DNA of 64,000 nucleotides from Octopus sinensis (taxonomy: Eukaryota). Under the pieces are notes generated by a model, which was given only the letters and a program-made list of their open reading frames with translations, was not told where the DNA came from and did no database searches. Within the stretch, counting starts at the first letter, position 1; every line of letters begins with the position of its first letter. The DNA lies in contig NC_043003.1 in NCBI RefSeq assembly GCF_006345805.1, forward strand, positions 99,386,001-99,450,000, read 5' to 3'. Both the position numbers and the translations under genes were made by a program. Shown here piece after piece: positions 53,600-64,000 of the stretch.

Positions 53600-54320
53600 C
53601 TTGATATAAAACGAGAAAGCTGTTAACTATGTATGGGGCCCACCATCAGAAAGCTGATATTAACTGGGTGGAGGGGGCTTAGTTGATGTGGAAAAGTTTG
53701 CACAGATGAAACGAAAAAGCACAGAGAATCAGACAAACTTGCAAACAAACAACTTGAGAAAAAATATATATGGTGCGAAGGTGTCAGCAAAATGTAGAGC
53801 ATGTGGAATTTGGGATAAAACAATGACACACATTGTTGCAGAATGCCTCAAGTTGGCCTAGGAAGAATACAAGAATTGAAGGCATGCCCAATTTGTGAAA
53901 GTTTTGCACCGGATGTTTTGTTATAAATGGGGGTTGAAGCTGGAAGGACTTGGTATATAGTCATCGAATAGAAAGAGTCTTGAGCCGGAAAATGAAACAT
54001 TTTATAAGATTTTCCAATTCAAACGAATAAGAAAATAGAACTTAGCAAGCCAGGTGCAATAATAGATAAGGAAAAGCAAATTTGCTTACTGATTGATCCA
54101 GCATATCCATTTAATTCCAGGATTGTGAAGAAAGATGAACTGTTAAAAAATACAGTCCCTTAAAATGGTTGTACCCGTAACAGATTGTGACTTAAGGATT
54201 GTAAGTAATGACATAGACAAATGGTTATAGAAGATTGGATTGGAATGTCCTGTAGAACGTCTCCAGAAGGTTTGCCTCTTAGGAACAGTAAAAAGCATCA
54301 GAAGGGTTTTGAGCATTTGA
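53600..54320 (+). mobile_element. Old R4/Dong-type LINE 3' fragment
   Basis: CRACG...THIVAECLKLA, CLLIDPAYP, LQKVCLLGT...IRRVL. Confidence 0.6.
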
Positions 54321-54810
54321 CGGCTTATTGAAATCATGTAGATAAGGTTGCAAGAAGAAACTCGATGCCTACATAAATTCTACTAGAGATAAGTCCGATA
54401 CTGAGTCAAGCGGTACCAGACAGTGGCCCTCATGGCTTTGATCTTAAATGATTGGAAATGTTATCATGTACATGTTTTGTCTTGGTATAAAAGATGGGCT
54501 ACAGCAAATATTCGCCCAATACCATAGATTTGTTTATCAGTTGTTTCACCTTAACCAGTCGAGCATGTCCTTTTGTGGCAAACGATTTGTACATCTTTGA
54601 TCATGAACAGAAGTAATGGGAAAATATCATAGCCATGTGTTGTGAGGAATTCTTTGGGATTTAAATAATTCACGTTTGGAAACATGTCACGCACATATGG
54701 TTTTGATGCATGAGCCTAATGTACCCTTATCAGACGTGTAGTCATGATAGGTATACTGAGCTTCGTGTATTTTACCCCAGTGTTACTTTGATTGCATGCC
54801 TTGCTCTCTC

Positions 54811-54876
<66 letters not shown>

Positions 54877-54921
54877 ATAATAATAATAATAATAATAATG
54901 ATGATGATGATGATGATGATG

Positions 54922-54982
<61 letters not shown>

Positions 54983-55949
54983 GCAACAGGGGGAAACGAT
55001 TATTCTTACAAGCTTATGCAAGTCTCAGAGCGAGTAGCAGAAATCAGTCATCTTCATTTACATCTGGAAATAAAATAGCAGACAGTAGAGGTCAGAGAAT
55101 TGATGGGCTTGTACGCAGGGCCAGATTAGAACCCATAGAGGCCCTAAGCACTTGAAAGCTTTTAGTGCCCTCATGTATATGTAATTAAAAATATAAACAA
55201 TAATAAACCATAAAATAAATGTTTATTTTTCAAAATGAAACCAAAGTAACAGTAAAATGGAAAATAATTATATACCTCCGCTTTATTTATATATGAAAAG
55301 TTTTCTACTACTTTTGTTTAATTGCTATATTTTTGACCAGATCCTCTCTACGACACTATGGGCACTTCGAATATTATTTTAGCAAGTTTAAAGAGATTTC
55401 TTTTGTGCCACGAAAGATTTACCATATCTGTGGTGCACCCACCTACATTCCCTTGATGATTTAAGCAAGTTCTTGTTTTGTTTACTGGTTAATTCAGCAC
55501 TGCTTGCACGATGTGACCCTCAGTAATGAAGACATTAGAAATTTAGAGAAATGATGCGAATATGATGACGATAAAGTTCAGACGCAATTAAAAGGATTCC
55601 TAAATTAAGAACTCGATTCTTCTTTTCTAATTTGAAGATAGAAAACAGATGGTAATAGCTACAGATCCGAATGCTCAGAAAGTGATGCAAATCAAAAGAC
55701 AAGTTGATAATGCACTCGCCTGCAACAAGGTCATTCACAAAGAGAAGAAGGAAAATCGATAGAAACATTCCATTCACGTTACTGATAAAAATAAACAATA
55801 AAATAAATTGTTTTTGCGTATGCATCTAATTTAATTTATTTTCTTATTTATGTCGATATTTGCACACTTTTATTCTCTAAGTTATTTTTGATAATTAAAA
55901 AATATTTTTCGAAGTCAAGATATATGTGTGTGTGTATGTGTACATATAT

Positions 55950-56007
<58 letters not shown>

Positions 56008-56038
56008 GGAACTCTCTCTTCCTCTCTCTATTTTTCTG

Positions 56039-56076
<38 letters not shown>

Positions 56077-56147
56077 TACACACATATACATTCATGCATA
56101 CATGCATTTCTACACAAACACAAATTCAAACACACGCACATACACGC

Positions 56148-56199
<52 letters not shown>

Positions 56200-56286
56200 G
56201 CACTTATTTTAGTCATATGACTGCGGCCATGTTGGGGCTCCACTTTGAAGAAATTTAATCGAACAAATCGACCCCAGTACATATGC

Positions 56287-56400
<114 letters not shown>

Positions 56401-56479
56401 GAGTTTGACTAATATTAAACACTGAACTTAAAGCTAAAAATTCGATAATAGGGATAAAAACGCTAGCCATATGAGTCAT

Positions 56480-57985
56480 AAATTACAGCTCTAACTTAAT
56501 AAATTGGAAGATCAGAGAATTGAGAAACCTAGGTAGAAAACTACTAACAGTCACCACCCCCAGGCAGACGCCCCAAACAGAATATATCTACCCCGCTAAG
56601 AAGGGAGCCGTGGCCTGATACAGATAGAAAGCTACCATAAAATAACAACAGTTGAACTAGCAAAGTACTCAGAAACAAAGAGCGGAAGACTACTGCATGT
56701 AATAAAGCAACACAAGAAAAAGAAAACGCTTTTCTCTATACACAAGGGGGCGACAAAATACAAAACAGAAGTCATCTACACTGACCTCAGAGGACAACAT
56801 AGCGGAAATGACCAGAGAGACAAGAAACAACATGAAAACTGAATTACAAAGGACACTGAAGAAGAAATGGGGAGAAAAATCATTTCATAACCAGTACCCT
56901 ACAAGGCTTCACAGAGAGAAAGTAAGCCTAAATAAAAGCCAAGAATGGCTCAAAAGCTCTGGACTAAAAGCTGAAATGGAAGGACCGATTCTCGCTGTAC
57001 AAGACCAATGCCTGACTACAAACAATTATAAAAACAGAATAATGAAAACCAACACAATGGGACATTTGACCACATCATCTCTGGTTGCCCTGTCTTTGCC
57101 AAGTCTGAATATGTATACAGACACGACAAAGTAAGCATTTACATCCACTGGACAATGTGCCAACATTACATGAAAACTGACAGCAGGTGGTATAAGCATA
57201 AGCCAAGCAAAGTACAAGACAACGATCAGGCCACAATCATCTGGGATATGCTGTTTCAAACCGACAAAGATTGGGGGTAAAAAACACCTGTTTACTGATA
57301 GACATTGCAATCCATTCTGAACAAAATATTTATTTCTTTATTGCCCACAAGGAGCTAAACATAGAGGGGACAAACAAGGACAGACAGGGGGATTAAGCCG
57401 ATTACATCGAGCCTAGTGCGCAACTGGTACTTATTTAATCGACCCCGAAAGAATGAAAGGCAAAGTCGACCTCGGCGGAATTTGAGCTCAGACGGCAGAC
57501 GAAATACCTATTTCTTTACTAACCACAAGGGGCTAAACACAGAGAGGACAAACAAGGACAGACAAACGGATTAAGTCGATTATATCGACCCCAGTGCGTA
57601 ACTGGTACTTATTTAATCGAAAGGATGAACTCAGAACGTAGCGGCGGACGAAATACCGCTAAGCATTTCGCCCGGCGTGCTAACGATTCTGCCAGCTGGC
57701 CGCCTTTCTGAACAAAATATTGTTAAAAAAGAAATGGAGAAATTGTCGAAGTACAAAGACCTCGAAATTGAAGAATTCAAAATGTGGAGCATGAAGGTAA
57801 AAACAATACCAATAATAACTGGAGTATTGGGCATGATAAAAAAAATTATATGAACAAAAACGTAGAAGCTATACTTGGATCCTCAATACTACACACTGTT
57901 AAAAAATAGAAACAGCCGACATCCTGTTAAAAAAATAGGAACAGTCGACATCCTGTTAAAAAATAGGAACAGCCCACATCCTATT
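56480..57985 (+). mobile_element. R4/Dong-type LINE 3' part interrupted by two antisense SINEs (57330-57705)
   Basis: GLKAEMEGPILAVQDQCLTTNNY, HIISGC, KLSKYKDLEIE; host sequence ttctgaacaaaatatt repeated on both sides of the SINE block. Confidence 0.85.
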
Positions 57986-58394
57986 ACCCTCACGGGCTAT
58001 CCTTTACTGGAAAGCAATACTCTCGTATTGCATTACTATTTTCATTGAAACTTCTTCACTGTTCTCGTTCTGTTAACGTTTTGGCGTTCAGACGAGTGTA
58101 CTGGCATAGATGTGGCAACATTTGAAATATTGTCGAGGTTTATGCAGCTGATAAATCAAATATACGTTTGGCAAGCGTATTTTGAAAAATCTGAAACCGG
58201 TACTGCATTATCCGTTATCTAGGTTTTTCATTTTTCAGATGTTTTTCCTAGAGGTAAGACAATTTTTTTCATGTTTGTTGCACACACGCATCTTTACTAG
58301 TACATACGCAGTGAAGCTATACATTAGCGTCGTATTTATTACGTTCGCTATTTTCCAATAGATATCGGTGCTTCGTTGTACCATTATTTACTTT

Positions 58395-58461
<67 letters not shown>

Positions 58462-58488
58462 CATACATACATACATATATATATATAT

Positions 58489-58520
<32 letters not shown>

Positions 58521-58539
58521 CTATATATATATATATATA

Positions 58540-58592
<53 letters not shown>

Positions 58593-58685
58593 CAGGTTTA
58601 CGGAAATAAACAAAAGACGAAGGCAGGTGGAATGCAAACAAACAATTGTATTAGTATGGCGCTCAGGAAATATAAATAAAACAAG

Positions 58686-58723
58686 TCTTTAACGTTTCGA
58701 GCCTACGCTCTTCAACAGAAAGA
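58686..58723 (-). ncRNA. Minimal hammerhead motif with variant core
   Basis: rc tcttt-CTGTTGA-A-gagc-gtag-gctc-GAAA-c-GTT-aaaga. Confidence 0.6.
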
Positions 58724-58950
58724 TACACAGAGAAAAAACACAGAAAGAAGGAGAGAAAAAATGCGTGCAGAGGCTAGCGAATCAACATGGCGATCTGATT
58801 TCGGCCAGAAGTCAAAGATCAAACGTGAGACGCAAGAGCGAAATTAGGGGAGATAATAGGGTTAAATGACCTCGCTCCAACATAAGAGTGTGTGTGTGTG
58901 TATGAGAAGAGTGTGTGTGTGTGTATGAGAGAGTATTAGTGCGTATGAGA

Positions 58951-59272
58951 AGGCGCAGGAGTGACTGTGTGGTAAGTAGCTTGTTTACCAGCCACATGGT
59001 TCCGGGTTCAGTCCCACTGCGTGGCACCTTGGGCAAGTGTCTTCTACTATAGCATCGGCCCGACCAAAGCCTTGTGAGTGGATTTGGTGGACGGAGGCTG
59101 GAAGAGGCCCGTCGGATATATGTATATATGTATATATATATAGACGCAGGCGTGGTTTTGTGGTTCAATCCTACTGGGTAGCACCTTGGGCAACTGTCTT
59201 CTGCTAAAGCCTCGGGCCGACCAAAGCCTTGTGAGTAGATTTGGTAGACGGAAACTGGAAGAAGCCCTTCGT
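58951..59272 (+). mobile_element. Two tandem tRNA-derived SINE heads
   Basis: Same head as 44896. Confidence 0.85.
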
Positions 59273-59292
59273 ATATATATATATATATATAT

Positions 59293-62200
59293 AGGGGTAA
59301 AATATGAAAATCAACGAAAATGCCATTGCAAATAAAAAAAGGCTATTTATGACAGGTAACGACAAATATATACATTTAAAATGACTGAGGTAGTAATAAT
59401 AGTTATAAAAGTCATTATTATGAGATGATTATAAGGTGATAATAAAGTAAGAGAACAAAGCGATTTGTAAGGGAGGTAAGTATTTCTGGATTTAGAGATG
59501 TGAGTGGTGTAGGAAGTGTATAGCGGTTAGTGGTTTTAATTGAAGATTTAGTGGTGTTCTGTAATGAGTTGTGTGTTCATATTTAGTTGGTGGAGAAATT
59601 TATTAATGAAAGATGCCTTTTTATTCAACCTTTGTTGCATTGTGGTGTTCTGTGAACATTGGTTAAAGGGAAATATTTAGAAATTGGGATTAAGATTCCT
59701 GGCACACCTTTCTATGTGTTCACTCACCTTTAACTGTCTGTATTGTTGGTGACGGATTTGCTCTTTGTGAATGATTCTTTGACGGAGCGAAATTCCTGTT
59801 TGTCCAATATAGAGTTTACCACATCTTATGCATGTCATGACATAGATTACATTTATTGAGGCGCAGGTGAAATTTGATTTGATCTTAAATATTTCTCCTT
59901 GTTTGAATTGGAATTCTGAACCCTCCAGAAGGTTCCACAGTTAGAACGTCCACATTTTGTCACTTTTGGCTCTGTTGTCTAGCGCTGGTTAATATTTTTT
60001 TCAGTGACTTCGGTTGCTTTTTACTTTTTATAATTTTATATGAGCTTAAAATTTCGTTCATTGTTTTGTCTGCTGTGAGGATGGGAAGATTTTGGGTGAT
60101 GATGTTGAAGGCTTCATTGTTTCTAGGGTTATGTGTGGAAATGTACGGGAGTATTTTTAAGTCTTGTTTAGTATTTCGGCTAGTTTTCCTTAACATTTGT
60201 ATATCTATTTCCTTAGCTCTTTTGATGCCTTCATTTACTAATGAGATTGGGTAGTGTCTTTTAGTTAGTGTAGATCTAAGTTCAAGGAGTCTATGTTCTC
60301 GAGTGTATGTATCGGAAACTATGGTGCAGATTCTTTTCGCTAGGTTAAAGGGTATGTTAATTTTTATGTGTTTGGGGTGGCAGGAGTTAAATAATAGGTA
60401 TTGTTTAGAATATGTGGGTTTATAAAAGATGTCTGTTTCTATGTGGTTGTTAACTATTCTAATTAAGATGTCTAGAAAAGGGAGTTGCTTACTGTTGTGT
60501 TCCATAGTGAATTGTATGTTGCTGTGTATGTTGTTGAGCATTCTTTCGAAATCAAGGAGTTGATCCATGCTGTCTTTCCAAAGTATGAAACAATTATCTA
60601 AATATCTCTTCCAGTTCTCCTTTAAGTACAATTAAAAGAGGCGCCATATTTTTCTAGTGATGATTGGTATAACTTGAGTTCGTGGTAACCCATTACGAGG
60701 TTTGCAATCACTGGAGCAGCTCTGGTTCCCATTGCAATTCCGCATTTTTGTCGATAGTAAGTAGTATCGAACAAGAAATGATTGTTCAGCAGGACGAATT
60801 TCAGTGCTTCAATTATAAAATTGTGGTTAATTCGTCCTGAGATCTCTTCTGGGTATTTTTCTAGCCAAAATGTGATTGCTTCTATACCATAGTCGTGTGG
60901 AATATAGGTGTATAGATTTACCACATTGAAAGATACCAGTAGTGTTCTGTCCTTTACTGTCTTCGGGAGGTGGTTCAGCATGTCTAGGTCATCCCTGATA
61001 AAGCTTTTCACATATTTTAAAAGAGGTTTGAGAAATATGTCGAGGAAGTTGCTCAAACGGTAGGTTTCACAAGAAGGGCCAGCTATGATGGGTCTCAGTT
61101 TGAGGTCAGTAGGGGGAGGGACATTAATGCATAGGCTTGTAGAGACTTTCCAGGCTTCACAAATGTGTGGATTTTTATGTATTATGGGTAATCCGTAGAA
61201 TAGACTAGGACTGTATTTGAAATTGGATAAATAGTCTATTTCATGTGTAGTAAGACCCTTTCCATGAATTTGGAGTAAGGAGGATAAGTTTTTCAGTGTT
61301 TTCTATGGGTTGTAATAGTTTCTCATAGTAAGTATTATTTTCCAACATGGAAAGTATTAAATTTTTGTAGTACTCTATATCCATCAATACTATCGCACTT
61401 CTTTTGTCGGTTTCTTTAATAGTGAGGTTTATGTCATTTTTTAGCTCGACAAGATCTTTCCATTCGTTTAAATTAAGGTTGGATTTGATGGGTTGTTTTG
61501 GAATGGTATTGTAAGGAAAACAAGTTATGTGATCACAGAAAACATCAAGTGCTTTATTTCTACCTTTTGTAGGATGGTGCTCTCTTTTGTTTTTCACTAT
61601 TGAATCATCTTCACTGGTGTAGTTGTAAAGAGCTTCTGTGAGGCGTAATTTTCGGCAGAAGTCCAAAGTATTGTCCTTGATTTCATTCGGGTTCGATCTG
61701 CGGGGGGTAGGGGTAAATTTGAAACCTCTTGCTAGGATTTTGATTTGTATAGAACTCAGGATTTTCTTTGACAGGTTGATTATTTTCGGTTGGACTTGTT
61801 TATTTGTTTCCATTTCACATCTCTGTTTCTCTGGTTTGCGTCTAAAAAATGGTTGTAGTATGTGGATTGTAGTGGAAGGTCTGTATTTTGTTTGGTTTGC
61901 TGAGGAAAAGGTGGGTGTAAAGTGTGTCTATGGTAGTATGTTTGTGGTGGAGTGGTTGTGGAGTGTACTGGATTATGGTTGTACTGAGGGTTGTTATATC
62001 GTCTGTGGCTAATGTAGTTTGGGTTTAATTGATATTTAATATCGTGATATGGTTGGAGGGAGAGGTTATGTTGTCTAGTCATGTTTTGTTTCGTTGACTG
62101 CTTGAAGTGGCTGTGTTGGGGGTAAAGTCTTGGAGGTAAGTTCTTCCTGGTAGGAATTGTTTCATCAAAACTTAGGTTAGTCTGGAAGTTTTGATGAAAT

Positions 62201-62400
62201 CTTTGGTTTGTATGTGGGATACCTTGAAGATTAAGTCTAGATTTCCTCCTGTGGGTTGAATTATCGATAGTTGTTTGATAGTTATTTGGGGGAGTAAGAG
62301 AGTTAAAGAAGGTCGAGTTGCGACCCTAGACCGTCTGTGGTTTGTGTTTAATACACATGGGGTCATTTCTGTGTCTGTTTTTGGTTTATTTTTCTTCAGG
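59293..62400 (-). mobile_element. Near full-length Neptune-like Penelope-like element, frameshifted
   Basis: IINLS, GFKFTPTP, IKETDK, LRPIIAGP, QKCGIAMGTRAAP, WKRYLDNCF, LPFLDI, IYVMTC..CGKLYIGQTG. Confidence 0.92.
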
Positions 62401-62430
62401 AAGGGGTTAACACACACACACACACACACA

Positions 62431-62493
<63 letters not shown>

Positions 62494-62499
62494 ATATAT

Positions 62500-62710
62500 T
62501 CTGTGTGTGTGTCTGTGTTTGTCCCCCCCCCCACCATCGCTTGACAACTGATGTTGGAGTGTTTACGTCCTCGTAACTTAGTGGTTTAGCAAAAGAGTTC
62601 TATAGAATAAGTACTGGGCTTACAAAGAATAAGTCCTGGGATCGATTTTTTCGACTAAAGGCGGTGATCCAGCATGGGCGCAGTCAAATGACTGAAACAA
62701 GTAAAAGAAT
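62500..62710 (+). mobile_element. SINE 3' half
   Basis: Matches 45385-45590. Confidence 0.85.
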
Positions 62711-62841
62711 ATATATATATATATATTTTTTCAATAATAATAATAACGGTAAAATTAATTAATTAATTAGTAATTAATAATTTTACCAAGCAGTGTTCAG
62801 TATGTAAAAGGACCATTTACGGCAAATTTAAACAATATTTT

Positions 62842-63004
62842 ATATAATTAGGGTTCAGCAAAAAAATTTTGCTTTACCACTCACTGAACTTCTACTTTAA
62901 GAGGAGTCTCCTAAAGTAGAAGAAATAGCTAATTTTTTTGGCTGCTATTTCTAAAAGTTCAGTGTGTGGTAAAGCAAAATTTTTGTGCTGAACCCTAATT
63001 ATAT
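62842..63004. repeat. T-shaped palindromic element
   Basis: ~50-bp outer stem plus inner hairpins cttctacttta/taaagtagaag and agaaatagc/gctatttct. Confidence 0.85.
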
Positions 63005-63059
63005 TACATATATATATATATATGCATATTTAGATTGAGGAGATAATTATAATCTTGGC

Positions 63060-64000
63060 TATGACCTCACCACATCAAGCACGATCGTGATTAGTGTAGT
63101 AATCCAAAATAAAAACGTGATTGTTTTGCTGTAACAGTTGTATCCACAGCCAGTTCTGTTTAGCGTGTCAGATAAAGCTGCCAGTGCCAAGCAGAAAAGA
63201 AGTGGAGTGAGCGTGTCTCCCTGGAATATTCCTCTTCTAATGGGGATGGCTTTGATTTTTATGAGTCCCTCTTTTGTCTGGAGCTGTAGCACTTTTGGCC
63301 ATTTATTCATGGAACGTTTTATGCCTTATGATTATTGGTGATACCTTGTTCATGGCTAGTGTATCAAGGATCCATGTGTGGGAAATACTATAAAAAACCT
63401 TTCGATAGTAGATCCAAGCCATGTTTAGACCCTTCTTTTTCCTTCGGCTTTCTTCTGTTATAGCTTTATTGATCAATAACTGATCTTTGCAGCCGTATGA
63501 TTCCTTGCAGCATCCCTTCTGCTCTTCTGGAAACAAGTGGTTTTCTTCCAGATGTTTTGCCAATTCTCTGCGATGTTATTGTAGTAAAGGCTTTGTAAAT
63601 TGTAGGGAGATAAGTTATCAGTCTGTGGTTTTGTGGGTTTGTCGTTGCAGTGGATTTGGGGATTAAGATGATTTTCCTTTCCTTGGGCCATTCAGGCGTT
63701 GTCTCTGGCTCTAATAGTATCTCAGTCAACGTTTTATTATTCCTATTAGACATTTTAACCAGAAATTGAGGATCTTGTCGTGCCTGAGTGCCTTCCATTT
63801 GCTTAGTTTTTGTGGTGCCTGGGTCATCTCTTCCGTTGTTATAGGAATCCAGAGTTGTTCAGGTACTGTATTTGTTATTTTGATAGATCTTTTCTGAGGT
63901 TGTTCCTTCACCGCCCATATTTCTTTCCAAAATTCTTCCACTTCTGCTGTTGATGCTGCATTGATCTCTATTTTATTTTTGCCAAGTTCTTGGTAGAATC
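63060..64000 (-). mobile_element. R4/Dong-type LINE RT fragment (runs off window end)
   Basis: EEQKGC..GCKDQLLIN, AWIYYRKVFYSISH, RRGIFQGDTLTPLLFCLAL. Confidence 0.88.

Noticed and set aside
55116-55170. hAT-like terminus CAGGGCCAGATTAAG
   Set aside because: No matching second TIR or TSD found
57896-57984. Three ~28-bp repeats resembling a CRISPR-like array
   Set aside because: Head-to-tail without spacers; slippage of the LINE KIGTAHIL-coding end in eukaryotic DNA

Overview
This is AT-rich, microsatellite-dense eukaryotic DNA made almost entirely of repeats. The tRNA-derived SINEs and the TE mix resemble cephalopod (Octopus-like) genomes; that assignment is an inference from recalled SINE sequences. 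Most ORFs in the supplied track are microsatellite artefacts. I can support only one host-gene segment: a minus-strand terminal exon (23931-24082) resembling the C-terminal half of a CD225/dispanin domain, so much of the window may be intron. The mobile elements are Penelope-like elements (RT + GIY-YIG), R4/Dong-type LINEs sitting in (TAA)n tracts, RTE, CR1/L2-group and Tx1/L1-like LINE pieces, Tc1, mariner and maT-like transposons, a MITE, Helitrons and three SINE families. Five things stand out. (1) About a dozen type I hammerhead-ribozyme motifs from several families, with palindromic stem III, variant cores and often very long stem II inserts. (2) Two divergent ORF1-only (zinc-knuckle) retroelements sharing a 3' signal with Tx1-like tails. 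(3) A ~290-bp rod-like hairpin whose mismatches are mostly G-U. (4) A T-shaped hairpin. (5) A ~440-bp apparently perfect foldback. Everything was read by eye and most boundaries are approximate.
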